DNA of 54,598 bases from Octopus bimaculoides (Eukaryota), in the NCBI RefSeq assembly GCF_001194135.2, contig NC_068990.1:7182597-7237194 (forward strand), in the 5' to 3' direction. Numbering within the stretch: the first letter of the stretch is position 1; the number at the start of each line of letters is the position of its first letter. The notes below the pieces were generated by a model. That model saw nothing but the letters and a program-made list of their open reading frames with translations, did no database searches and had not been told where the DNA came from. This document shows positions 13,758 through 26,200 of this stretch, piece after piece. A program made the translations under genes and the position numbers.

Positions 13758-15063
13758 TGGTGAAGACAGGAATCTCAAACTTATAATAAATTTGTTGTAC
13801 TTAGACACAGGCAATTGTTACCACTTGAAGCTTTCTCTCAGTTATTCTGCTATAGTTATTTTACAGCACATGAGATGAATGGTGGGATAATGGAAAAATA
13901 ATCTGAAAAAGAAGCATATGATTTTAGCTTTGATCTAGATATTCTGAAACTTATGAGGAAGTGTGGAATGTTTGAGGTTGGTGCATTGGTGGGAAAAGGT
14001 TGTGAAGTGTATATGTCGAAAATTACAAGGTTTTGAATAAATGGTTAGAATAAGCTCATGCATTTTGTTTGAATTATAATATTGATGCAAATCAATATCA
14101 TTAACAGGAATCTATTGTCACATGGAAGCATAGTGAGTTACAAAAGTTTCAAAGCTTAATAACACGTTGATAAAGTGTTTTATCTGTCAGTAACCCTGTG
14201 ATAATAATGCCTCTATTAAAGAGATCCAAAGTGCTGCTGCCTAACCAGCTAAGCATAATGGCATCAAAAATCTAAGTACTTGTGATTGGTGGTTATGATG
14301 ATTTGAAAATTGGCCTGAAATGGATAAGAGAAAAGTATTCTAAGTTTTTGAAAGTGTTCACTGCATGCTTCCAGAGACTAAAAATCTATTCAGTTTGGAT
14401 GTCACAAGAGGGACAAACAGATTGATACGCTGACTAGAATGTTTCCAGAACATATCTAAATGAAATTATTGATACCACTAATGGCATTACACCATATCAA
14501 GGTTCACTATCTTAAATCGATGACAATGACTTTAGTACATTACTGAGAGCTATCCTATTAACTTTGCAACTGATAAATATTCTTCAAAGTGTTAACAGAA
14601 TGTGGGTTTGTTATTACAAATTAAGGGCTCACATAACATAATCAATGCTACACTATACCTTCTATTTAACCTAAGAGATATAAGTTCCCCTCCCCACACA
14701 GGAAAACGTAGATTACTATCTGAGAGCTTTTTTCATTGAACAACTGAGTTCATATCATCTAAAGCCATAGAGAATAAAATGGCTTACAAACTTTACACAT
14801 CATTCTCTTCACTACTTGAATAGTTTCTCTATGATTTATGAAACATTACTATTCCTGTTCTTTTATTAATTATGAATTATTGATTATTGATTCAGCTATA
14901 AAACTGATTGGAAATGAAGTTAGTTTTCTAAGAATTTGAACTCTGCACTTTGAAACTTGGTCAATACTGGTCAACAAGCATTTTTCATCAAGCATACGTC
15001 AAGGTGTACTTAATGTAGTTTTTAATGCAGATTTCAAATATGTGTATGCATTTCTATATTTAA

Positions 15064-15167
15064 GAGATGTGGAATTTTGTACAGTATTTACATTATTTAC
15101 ATTTGACGGATATTTGTCCTCATCTTCTTTGTTGTTAACACATTTTGGCTGATATACCCTCCAACCT
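15064..15167 (-). mobile_element. Penelope-like element terminal fragment, copy 1 (truncated)
   Basis: Close match to 23283-23434 (gatatttgtcctcatctt...ggctgatataccctcca); ends before the CUGAUGA-equivalent. Confidence 0.65.
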
Positions 15168-15381
15168 AAAAGAAGCAGCACATATGCTAGGACACAACAA
15201 CCTCCTAAGCAGACCGAGTGCAGATATGAATAGCATATGGGAAACAGTATTANNNNNNNNNNATATGAATAGCATATGGGAAACAGTATTAAGGAAGGAT
15301 AGGAAAATATTAGATTTATAAGCCCTAAAATTCACTCCATAATTGCCCAAGATTCTGAGTTCGATTCCAGGCAGTAACCTG

Positions 15382-15412
15382 AATGATAATAATAATAATG
15401 ATAATGATAATA

Positions 15413-15468
<56 letters not shown>
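15382..15468. repeat. (AAT/GAT)n trinucleotide microsatellite
   Basis: Read directly; abuts the 5' junction of the R4/Dong fragment. Confidence 0.95.
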
Positions 15469-15469
<1 letters not shown>

Positions 15470-15975
15470 GGCCAGACATCATACTGAAAGACTTCAGACA
15501 AAAATCGTGCCTCCTCATTGATATGACTGTCCCAATCGATATAAACATATCTGTCAAGACCTACCAAAAACTGAGCAAATATAAAGATCTTGAAATAGAA
15601 ATTAGCAAAATGTGGAATCTGAAGACGAAAACAATACCTATTGTCATAGGTGCCCTGGGGATCACAGCGAAACGGACAGATTACTACCTAGCTCAGATAC
15701 CAGGAAACCCCAAAATGGCTCAAGTTCAAAAGATAGTGCTCATGGGAACTGCCCATATCCTACGTAAAATACTGTCTATGTGATCTCAAATTTTAAAGCA
15801 AACACATAATTTTCTTATGGTTTCTTAAACATTCACTTGAACAAAACTGTACAAATCCAAATATATGGTACCCTAGGCATAACACCTACATGAACTTCTA
15901 ACTTGTTGTCTCTTGAGGTCTCTGGGTGAGACTTGGATCCAACTTGTACAAATGCAAAACAAAAGTCAAACATAA
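15469..15975 (+). mobile_element. 5'-truncated R4/Dong-clade non-LTR retrotransposon: restriction-like endonuclease C-terminus plus 3' UTR
   Basis: RPDIILKD...LLIDMTVP...KLSKYKDLEIEI..MW...TIPIVIGALG...QKIVLMGTAHILRKILSM is a PD-(D/E)xK RLE. The frame is uninterrupted from the junction to the stop at 15783, and (AAT)n flanks both ends. Confidence 0.9.
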
Positions 15976-15994
15976 AATAATAATAATAATAATA

Positions 15995-16689
15995 GTACTC
16001 AAAGATGTCAACATCAAGACAACACCAGATGAACTGGAACGGCCTGCCTGTAATACTTTCAATTGGATCAGTGAGAATTTCTTGAGCAACAAGAAGTCAA
16101 TGGACTACAAAGATGGTATCAAGAATCTTCGGAAACGTTACTTAGCAATGGGTCGTCACATGTCACTGAAAGTTCACTTCTTGGATTGCCATCTAGATTT
16201 CTTTGTAGATAACCTTGGAACAGTGTCTGATGAACATGGTAAAAGATTCACCAGGACATTAGTGCTCTGGAGAAATGGTACCAAGGCTTCTGGAATGACA
16301 GTATGGTGGCTGACTACAGCTGGACACTTTGCCATGATCAACCAGATCAGGAACACAGCAGAAAATCCGAATTACAATGTCTCTAACTCTGTTGTTCTAA
16401 CTTTGTCTGTTTTGTCTGACCCATTTTTTTTGTGTATTCACTCTTTGTAGAATGATAGTGATGATTATTAATTCAATAAACTAATTTGCTTTCTAAAAAT
16501 AATATCTCCTTATTTATTGTGTTAATTATTTCATATATATAAATATGTAAATATTTGCATGTATCCACTGAAAAACTGATGTGTTGCATATAAATGGAGT
16601 GACATTTTGTAATCAGCATGAAAAATTAGTCTCAAAATGTTGGTTTGCATTCATAATGAGTATCATACATCTAATTTTGTTGACCACTG
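15995..16689 (+). mobile_element. Chapaev3-like (CMC) DNA transposon: transposase C-terminus and right end
   Basis: NFLSN...MSLKVHFLDCHLDFFVDNLGTVSDEHG.RFHQDI..LEKWYQGFWNDSMVADYSWTL (one frameshift); terminal TTGTTGACCACTG. Family assignment is from my recollection of Chapaev3 proteins. Confidence 0.72.
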
Positions 16690-16882
16690 TAATTAAAGTA
16701 TGTATCACACACATTTCATATTCCAATTTATAAAAGATATCACTTCACTTGCTCCAAGCTGATAATTATGATTTTGTAAAAACCCAAATAAAGATAAATT
16801 TGATGCCTTTGTTGTTCATACAGTGAACGAACATTTAGGAATAAAACATTTTTCAAATTATTTCTGTTGTCTTTGCTTTCAG

Positions 16883-17149
16883 GAAGCCAAACGGTTTAGC
16901 ACCATTGACAAATCCTGGGTGAGGATTATGCAACGTGCTCATGAGATACCTAATATTGTAGCCTGCTGTGTTGGTGATGATATTTTATCCCAGCAGTTGC
17001 CTTATCTATTAGAGCAGTTGGAGATGTGTCAAAGGTCACTTACTGGTTATCTTGAGAAGAAGAGATTGGTTTTCCCTCGTTTCTTTTTTGTGTCTGATCC
17101 AGCTCTGCTAGAAATCCTTGGGCAGGCTAGTGATTCTCATACAATTCAA
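16883..17149 (+). CDS. DNAH5: Dynein heavy chain exon: [16 protein letters not shown]...[34 protein letters not shown] (linker)
   Basis: ctttcag|GAA acceptor and CAA|gtgagt donor; 267 nt, in frame with neighbours; conserved [12 protein letters not shown] motif. Confidence 0.96.
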
Positions 17150-18088
17150 GTGAGTTGCTTTCATTTTCTTTCTGTTGCCATTAATGTATTATTCTTATAC
17201 CTTCAGAAATTATTGATATTTATACTCAAATATTGTACACATGGTACAGTACGGCATTCGTCACTCTAATTTGTGCATCATGAGCTTGAGATTCTAGTGT
17301 ATCCAGGAATAGACATATGTCCTGGTAACAATGAACATCAAAATTCCTAGCACTTTTGTTTTTATATCAAGCTGTCTGTGTACAGTATTGAAGTGGTTGG
17401 TGTTAAGAAAGGCATCCAGTTATAGAAACTAGGGAAATGTGATGCAATGGAATGTAATACAGTCTTCTGACTTGTTGGAATCTGTTATGTCTAACTCATG
17501 CCAGTCTGGAAAACAAACATTAGATGATAATGATGATATTTTACATATAGACATATATATATTATTATGTCACTTTCTTGTTCCCTACTTCCACACCTTC
17601 CACCCATACCTACCCTTTCTCACTAACCACTGACACTAATCCCTATCCTTTCTCCTGTCCTTTCCATACTCGTCACCCACCATTAGTGACTACTCTTGTA
17701 ATCTCTCACCACTAGAACTCTCTTAGAACTATAAATCTGCACCTCTCAGCAATTTTTACCCTAAAAATCATCACACACATTCTTTTTTTTTTCTTTTACT
17801 TCAGTTACAGGGGCTCTTTTGGCCCTTTAAATCTTACAAGTGTTGTGAGACAACCTCACTTGTGATAGTGCCATGAAGAAAGCACTGAATACATTCTATA
17901 AAGTGGGTTTGTGTTAAGCAGGCATCCAACCAAAGGAACCCAGACATTGGAGCACAACATGGTCCTCTGATTCATGAGATGATGTTGAATCATCCAACTC
18001 ATGAAGAAAAGACATCAATGATCATGAGAATTATGATAATGATCACACACACTCACACACACACTTGCTTGTTCATGTTTGGATTGAC

Positions 18089-18225
<137 letters not shown>

Positions 18226-18289
18226 GTGTGTGTGCGTGTGTGTGTGTGCGCGTGTGTGTATGTATGTACATGTTTATATGTATATGTTT

Positions 18290-18424
18290 GTGTGTCTGTA
18301 TTTGTTCCCTCTCCATCGCCTGACAACCGTGTTTACATCCCTGTAACTTAGTGGTTCGGCAAAAGAGGCCAATAGAATAAGTACTAGGCTTACAAAGAAT
18401 AAGTCCTGGGGTTGATTCATTCGA
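18290..18424 (+). mobile_element. SINE family A 3' half, preceded by a large (TA)n(CA)n(TG)n tract (about 18089-18290)
   Basis: tgacaaccg...gtaacttagtggttcggcaaaagag...aagtcctggggttgat matches other family A copies. Confidence 0.8.
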
Positions 18425-18469
18425 ATGTCTCTCGCTCTCTTTCTCTCTCTCTCTCTCTATATATATATA

Positions 18470-19140
18470 ACTAAGGATAGATGAATGGTTAGTGAGAGCT
18501 GTGCAAGCCATGTACGGGGACGCTGTCAGTAAGGTGAGGGTTGGCAACGAGTACAGTGAAGAATTCTGGGTAGAGGTAGGAGTCCACCAAGGTTCAGTCC
18601 TCAGCTCCCCCCTATTTATCATAGTTCTCCAAGCAATAACAGAGGAATTCAAGACAGGATGCCCCTGGGAGCTCCTCTATGCCAATGACCTTGTCCTAAT
18701 TGCTGAGTCACTATCAGAACTAGAGAAGTTTCAGGTGTGGAAGCAAGGACTAGAATTGAAGGGCCTTAGAGTCAACCTAGCTAAAACCAAAGTCCTAATA
18801 AGTAGGAATGTAGACAAAACACAAACCCCTTCAGGTAGATGGCACTGCTCGATCTGTAGAAAAGGCGTAGGTAGAAACTCCATAAGATGTACCCAGTGTA
18901 AGCTATGGACACATAAGAGGTGCAGCAATATCAAAGGAAAGCTAACTAGGAAGATAGTTTTTGTATGTGGCAGATGTTCAGGAACAATAAACACTGAAAA
19001 TGTGCAGAAAGCAACTTTTGCCACATTCCAGGGAGAAAAACTAGAAGTAGTTGATAGCTTCCATTATCTAGGTGACCAAGACACATGTGTATGAACAGCC
19101 ATGCTACATGGCAGTGAAACATGGGCCATGACTGCTGATA
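18470..19140 (+). mobile_element. RTE-clade LINE fragment: reverse transcriptase C-half plus Cys/His finger, internally deleted
   Basis: GVHQGSVLSSPLF, WELLYANDLVL (YADD mutated), VNLAKTKVL, CSICRKGVGRNSIRCTQCKLWTHKRC...CGRC, then TCV/.AMLHGSETWAM. Confidence 0.93.
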
Positions 19141-19759
19141 TTGGAGTTGTAGTAACCATAGTTCACTATATATGCTCAGTGAGAGAAGAGTAATTCCAAA
19201 TAAGGTAAAGAGACTAAACAGCCAACAATCGGTATTATTAATATGAAATATAAAAATATATATATCTATTTCTATTTGTCTATCTATCTATCTATCTGTC
19301 TGTCTGTCTTATGTTTTAGGAGTGGGTATCATTAATGTTATATTTTTATTAACATTATATCTTTATTATTTGTATTTATTAATATAATTAGCGTGAGCTG
19401 GCAGGGTTGTTGTCACCTGGGTAACTTGAGAGAAGTTTGTGGATTCTCAGCACAGGCTGAAGCTTGTAGATTCCCTGAATAAATCTTTATTTTTATTCTC
19501 CTTATCATCTTCCTCCTACAGCTACTAATTCTTCCTTCTGTGATTTCTCTTCATGTTGTTACTCTGCTCATTTGCTTCCTGAAATTGCCAATTTTTTTTT
19601 TTGGGGGGGGGAGGTTATTGCCCTCCCTCTTACTTTTCTCTATTATCTTATTAATATCTCATCTTTCAATCTTGTTTTACATACTTAGATTTTTCTGTTG
19701 AGAAGAATGCTTTGCTCAAATGCCATTACCCACATCTCTTCATATCAAACCAACTTTTA

Positions 19760-20560
19760 ATGTTATCCAAAGAAAGCTACTTGCAAATATTGCAAATCAA
19801 TTTCTCACCATAAAAGCAATATTTAGAAAACTTGCTCGATAAAATGAAGCATGCAAATTAATAATATGTAAAGCATACTCAGACCAAAGTGTGTATGGCA
19901 GAACAAAGAAATGTAGTCAGTTAAGTTTGATATTGTATAATAAAGAAGACTGTGAAAGCATACAGAAAAGAGCAAAAGTTTACTAATACATAAGTACTGA
20001 AAGAATACTGAATAAGACTTTCAGTAAAAAAAGATGTTCAAATTGTGGTGTCAAAACAAGACAGTTCGTTACAAATGGAAATGTATGTGAGAGAAAATAT
20101 CACCTAAAATAAACAGAAAGAAAATTCAAGTACAGGAATGTTTAATATACAAACATGGATGTATCTGTTCGTGAATGTTCAATTGTTTGATATGGTGTGT
20201 TCTTGATATGGAAATAACTCTGGCAATATGTGAAATATGGTTGTTTGTATTTAATAAATATGGTCCAGGCAAAACCTGAATCCTTTAGAGAAAACCCTCT
20301 AAAAACAAACCACACTGCAAATGGTTGATTGATGATTACTTGAAAATAGTGTTCAACATATCTACTTGATGTGCAACAACTAGACTCACTTTATATGACC
20401 TAATTTTCAGAGCCTATTTTTGACAATAAAAGTTCACATTAAATGTAAAGCAATAAATTCAACTGTTTTGATATGATTTATTTGTGGCAATTCACCGGAA
20501 AGATACAAAATGCTTACAGGGAGAGCTGAATGTTATCTTGTTTGTTGATATATTCCTGTA
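19760..20560 (+). mobile_element. Possible very old Gypsy-like gag/protease remnant
   Basis: CYPKKATCKYCKS.SH resembles a zinc knuckle, and a frameshifted MEI(D)SG-like stretch resembles a protease motif; heavily decayed. Confidence 0.28.
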
Positions 20561-20701
20561 AACCTGTGAGAATAGATGATATATTGGTATAATCTCTTCT
20601 GTCAGCGATTGGTTGCTTCATTTATATCGATATTACTTTTATGGTAGTATCATGTTGTGATATATACTTCATATTTATATACATCTTTTCTACATTTTTA
20701 G

Positions 20702-20830
20702 TCACATCTGTTGAGTGTTTTTGACAACATAAAATCAGTGAAGTTTGATGAAAAGAACTATGATAAGATCTTGTCTGTGTATTCATCTGAGAAGGAAACT
20801 GTTAATCTTGATGAAACAGTACTTGCTCAG
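20702..20830 (+). CDS. DNAH5: Dynein heavy chain exon: [43 protein letters not shown]
   Basis: tttttag|TCA acceptor and CAG|gtattg donor; 129 nt, no stop codon; matches the expected HL..VFDNI..V.F segment. Confidence 0.93.
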
Positions 20831-21559
20831 GTATTGTAGAATAATTTTTAAAAATATGTTTCTATGTTCAAAGATTCTTACTTTATTGTATTTAAAATCT
20901 TGTTTAAAAAATACAAATATAAGTGTTTCACAAATACTTGAAAACCCAATAGGCATCATATAAATTCATCCAAAATTTCTTATTATCATCTGTATGTTAT
21001 TTCATATTTTAAGAACATATTATTCCTAGTTTCACTGTATTTAAAGGAAGTCATCCATTTGTTTCACTAAAGAGACATTCTTATCGCAACAGAAATTTAG
21101 TACCTCCATAATTTTGAAATATCAGTTCATTTACATTTATTAGTACTGATATTGTGCAATTTGTACTATTTATAAAGTCATTATTTTACTCTAACTTATT
21201 TCATGTTTGTAAAATAAGTTGAGATTTTGTGCTCCATCAAAATTCTAACATTATGGACTTTTCTTAGAAGCAAATTTTAGAATTGTAATCTTTGCTTGAT
21301 AATGGTAGTTTTATCATATTAATCTTTGATACAGCAACAAACGTTATCCCAATTGTTTTTAAGTCCCAAAATGGTGGCAACTAGCAAGCAATAAAACAGG
21401 CCTCAAAACACCCACTTATTTTGTTAAAAGAAAAATCTCATGTGTAAGAAGAAGCAAGAAAATTGTTAAAGGTAGGTGTTCAAGTAAAGAAACTATTAGA
21501 GTAGAAACTCTTCTTAGAAGAGTGAAAGGATTGGAATTAGGAGAAAAATGAGCCACTCA

Positions 21560-22400
21560 TTTAGTAATCTTAATAGAGGAATAAATGAAGAAAGTCTGGC
21601 AGAACAGCACACATGGATTTATTTCTAGACAAGAGATAAAGAAGCAATAGTTTAGTGATGAAAGGGGAGTTGATGTTTAACTGTCAAAACAGTACTAATT
21701 ATGTTAGAAACTTGTTTTGGAACTTCATTAAAGTGAGAGGAAGAATACCAGCAGAGGCACCAGATCAGAAGTGATAGACGGTTTTTAATACAAGGTGAAT
21801 AAAAGGTAAAAAGATGAAGAATACATTTAGAAGAAAAATAATGAAGAGCTTTATATAGGGAAGCAACCTTGTTAGTGATTGATTTAGCTATTGATATCAC
21901 ATAGTAAGATCTTTGGGAAAAAGTTAAACCTAAAAAGTGAAGACTAGAAAACTCACAAAAAGTCGTAGAAATAGGAACAACACGAAAATTTCTGAAACAA
22001 TAAATGGAAAAAGCTTACTTTTTGCATAGTTGAAAGGAGCTAATCACTGAGACTCCCAACCCGTCATGAAATGTTGACGAAACTCAAGTGAACCAATTAT
22101 TTCTACAACAAATCAAATTTCTTATTTAAGTAAGAATACAAAGAAGTGCCATCAGTAAGATCATCCCAAAGGTCATGAATAAAAAGTAAGAACAAGAACG
22201 AACCGAATAGATCTTGAGAAATGGTAGATGAAACAGAATAAGAAGAAGACAAATGGACACCTGCAGCAATATCCATCTTACATTCATCCAAAAAACATTC
22301 AAGAATTCTAAGGATCCTTCCTGAAATTTCATATGACAATCTCATCACGTGACTAGCATGCCAAATCCTGTCAAATGCTTTCAATATGTCTAGGGTAACA
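21560..22400 (-). mobile_element. CR1-type LINE reverse transcriptase fragment
   Basis: KAFDRIWH...YEISGRILRI, GSFLFLLFIHDL...DGTSLYS, ISIAKSITNKVASLYKALHYFS. Confidence 0.8.
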
Positions 22401-22561
22401 ATACAACTGCATTATAGTTATTTAAAGCATGGAAGAGCTGTTCATTTATCAGCATCAAATCAACATTGGAATGCAAAATAAAATACGAGTCTATTGGTAT
22501 TTTTATAAGTATTTAAAATTATTTGCTGTCCCTTTTGTCATAAATTCACATTTCATTTCAG

Positions 22562-22699
22562 GGCAATGTTGAAGTTTGGCTGGGAGATTTATTGAGAGTA
22601 TCTCGCCACTCTTTACATACGGTTATCCGAAGTTCTTACTTTGCAACTAGTGATCCAATGTTTAAACTCATTGAATTTCAAAATGCTTATCCTGCTCAA
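22562..22699 (+). CDS. DNAH5: Dynein heavy chain exon: GNVEVWLGDLLRVSRHSLHTVIRSSYFATSDPMFKLIEFQNAYPAQ
   Basis: tttcag|GGC acceptor and CAA|gtaagt donor; 138 nt; GNVEVWL and PAQ motifs. Confidence 0.93.
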
Positions 22700-23282
22700 G
22701 TAAGTGTATCAGATTTTAACAGCCTTCTTATGGAAAATTTCCCTGTGGTGCCACTGGTAGCTTTTTTACCCCTTACATATAGTGATTGAAATTTGAAATT
22801 AAGATCAACATATTCTAATAATGTCAATTTATTCATATTCTAATAATATTTTACATATGTGTTTGCTTTTCTTTTTGTAAGAAAAATGAACCAGATTTGA
22901 AAATTCTATAGCTAAAGAAAATGAATTGTTATTTGAAAAAATTCAACGTTTTACAGCAAGGAATCTGATTCTCAATGGGTTAGACAATTTGAATTTTATA
23001 GAGAAAAATATTCAAGTCCAAGGACAAAGAGCTTACTGCAGCTTTAAAATTCACTTTTCCTTATGACACAAACTTAATTATGCAATATTATTCCGATTAT
23101 AAAGATGAGAATATTGTGCACTAATTACTAAAATGGGTTCATGAAAATTAAGTCAAAAGTACAATCAGATATCATTTGCCATTAATTAACCACAATCAAT
23201 AAATGTAAAAGACATTTTCATTGATATGTCTGGAGAAATTCTGGAATCAGAAATTATCAGTTTTCAGATTATTAATTTCATG

Positions 23283-23434
23283 CAGTTCTATCTTTAAGAG
23301 ATGAGGAATTATGTACATTATTTACATTATTTACATTTGATGGATATTTGTCCTCATCTTGTTTGTTATTAACACAACGTTTTGGCTGATATACCCTCCA
23401 GCCTTCATTAGGTGTCTTGGGGAAATTTCGAACC
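23283..23434 (-). mobile_element. Penelope-like element terminal fragment, copy 2, carrying a decayed hammerhead ribozyme
   Basis: Minus strand reads GACAC-CTAATGA-A-GGCTG-GAGGGTATAT-CAGCC-AAAAC-GTT-GTGTT, the typical PLE pseudo-LTR layout. Confidence 0.7.
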
Positions 23435-23598
23435 TAAGGTATTTTTCGATGTTGTTGTTGTTATTATTATTATTAATATCATTATTATTTAGGTCACTGC
23501 ATTTTGTATCTTTCCGGTGAATGTATGTTTCCATAAGTATCTAGAGTATTTGATTCTCTATGACATTCATACATATATTTTTGTTGTGTTTGTAGCTT

Positions 23599-23757
23599 GA
23601 GTGGTTGGCGTTAGGAAGGGCATCCAGCTGTAGAAACTCTGCCAAATTAGACTGGAGCCTGGTGTTGCCATCCGGTTTCACCAGTCCTCAGTCAAATCGT
23701 CCAACCCATGCTAGCATGGAAAGCGGACGTTAAACGATGATGATGATGATGATGATG
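23599..23757 (+). mobile_element. Short RTE-derived 3' tail element ending in (GAT)n; near-identical inverted copy at 40766-40962
   Basis: GAGTGGTTGGCGTTAGGAAGGGCATCCAGCTGTAGAAAC...GCATGGAAAGCGGACGTTAAACGATGATG. Confidence 0.85.
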
Positions 23758-25399
23758 TAGCAATAGTTTGAATTACTCAGTTAAAATTTAAAATTCTTAT
23801 CACATCTTAGGATTTTTTTAAATGAATAAATTGGAATAAATTACCATTCATGACATTATTATTGTAAAAAAAATCAAACCTATGTCTGTGTTTGTCTGTT
23901 TATTGTCTTTTCTTTGTGTATCTAAAATATTGACATACATGCATCAGAGAGAGCAAGAAAATGATAAAATTTATCTGGTTTGTGGTTTTATTATACTCTT
24001 TTGGAGTAGCATAAAATATACAGTTATTTTTTTTTTCCAAAAGGAAAACTTGATAAAAGTATGAACATTAAAATATTGGCTGATAATGAAAATAGTGACA
24101 TCATTATTTTTAGTGGCCAGTAAACTACCAATGGTTACATTATAACATAATTCAATGTCAATAGAATGGTTTTATAAAACTGTTTGCAATTTTTAAAAAC
24201 TGAAACTGCTATTCTGTTTCATAGATTACTCTGCTATCTTCCATTATGCTAATCACATTGACTTTTTCTTCCTTTTATTTTGCTAATACCATAAACACTC
24301 TTATTATCGGATCCTTAATAACCACAACTCCATATTTGTGACAAAAAAAAAAAAAGATAGAAAAATAGAAATGGAAAATGAATTAGATTTAGAAGATTAA
24401 ATTTGCATACAGAAAATGGATGTGATGGCTGAAATGATATGCTATTGTGTTGCTGCTAGCTTATAATTTATGTATATGTTAAAATTGTGAAGGATACATT
24501 TTTGAATCACTTAAAAAGGCATATATTATTGAGAAATTGACCCCATTGTCACCCTATAATTCAGAGATCTGTGTTAGAAATGGAATGAAAGGATTATAGT
24601 ATAGCTCTATCATTTCAAATAATATTTTGAATTTTCTGAGTTCATGTTGCTGAAGTAACTTGATTAAACTGATAGAAATATTTTTAAAGTTTTTTTTTTT
24701 TTTTAGCATAAATACATGTAAATGGGTTATCCTAATTACACAGAATTAAAATCCTTAGTTTCACACTGATCACCCTGGCCTTCATTCATAATAATCAACC
24801 TTAAATTTTTCTTCTTCTCCTCCTCTAACTACTACTAGTGCTGCCATTGCTGTCACAACTAGTACTACTATGCTACTGCTGCTGCTACTACTACTACCAC
24901 ATCATTATTGTTGTAGTTGTTATTTTAATGTAACCTGCTTCTGTATGGTGTAGAAGGTTGTCTATTTCGAGGGGATGATAAACACACCATGCTGTCAAGC
25001 TTAACAGTATTCTATGGCCCATGGATACCTTTAGTATCAGTTGCAAGAATTCAGTGGTAGTTTTTAGCAGCGGTCTTTTAGATCTATTCATGTGCCATTG
25101 TACTTTACACTTCCCTGCAATGCAAATGAAGAATAAAGGGACAAAACCTTCTGGTCAATTGTCTCCCCTCTTCCCAGACTGGATTTTTCTCCATCCTAAG
25201 AACCCTCACATCACCCCCAACACACAAGTCATATATTCCTTTCTGAGACACGAATCGCTCAACTCCTATCTACAACATATTCTTACTGTTCAGGCTACAT
25301 TCTCTCTTCAAAATTTACTTGAGAAGTTAGTTTCTGCACATACAAACTCCACTCCTGTCACTCACCTATCTCACTTGGATCTCAGTAGTAACATCATCC

Positions 25400-26200
25400 A
25401 GTTACCTCATTTCAGAGTCTCTCTTTTCATTCTGCTAAACATATCTGCTCCCCTCTGTCATTCTTCATATGCATCCAAATTCTTTATTCGGATCCTCTCC
25501 TGCATTGAGAACATATATCTCATTTCACCTTTTCCTAAAGATGGCTCTCAAACTCATCCCAAACCAGAGCTGCTATTCTCGACCTTCAGCATCAACTTGT
25601 TTCATCCTCCACTTACAGACAATACACACCCTCCAAACACCTTTCTTATTTGAAATAATTAACCTATACCAAACTACAACTGTCTCTACACTCTACTGGT
25701 TCATTTTACCACTGTCTCATCTCAATACCTGCTTTGCCCAGATCCTATGGCATTTCAAGTCAGCCACCTGGTCAGAGTTCCACCAATTTTATACCTACTG
25801 TCATTGGCAGTGAGCATACTTCATTCTTGACCCATCAGAAACAGCTAGGTTTCAGTGACTGGAACTATCCATTCACTAGGGCTCTCACAATCATTCCATA
25901 TGCTAGGCCTCATTATCGCTGGATATCTTCTTGCATATGCATTTCTTTAATGTAGTTTGGATCATCTCCGGAGGAGTGATTCAGACTCACACTCAGAAGA
26001 TATTTCAGCTTCTTGCAATTGCTGACACTCTATAAAGTTCAAGTGATGACCACAAGCGAGCATTGCTTCCACCTCCAGAACGGCTTTGCTGCCACCCACA
26101 GTCAGCCTGCACCACGTTTGGTGAAAAGCTTATACGCCCTAACGTCAGGCCGACACTCTCTATCTGTCCTACCACTTCTATCACTGCTATAACAGCCACT
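25400..26200 (+). mobile_element. Degenerate CR1-like LINE: endonuclease-linker region joined to a 3' part
   Basis: DNTHPPNTFL, ILWHFKSATWSEFHQFY, IIPYARPHYRWISSC resemble CR1 post-APE motifs. Confidence 0.5.

Noticed and set aside
15224-15291. Direct repeat ATATGAATAGCATATGGGAAACAGTATTA on both sides of a 10-N gap
   Set aside because: Typical unmerged contig overlap; an assembly artefact.
25021-25653. 210-aa ORF as a nested gene
   Set aside because: Overlaps a decayed CR1-like fragment, is L/S/H/P-biased, and has no recognisable domain or splice structure.
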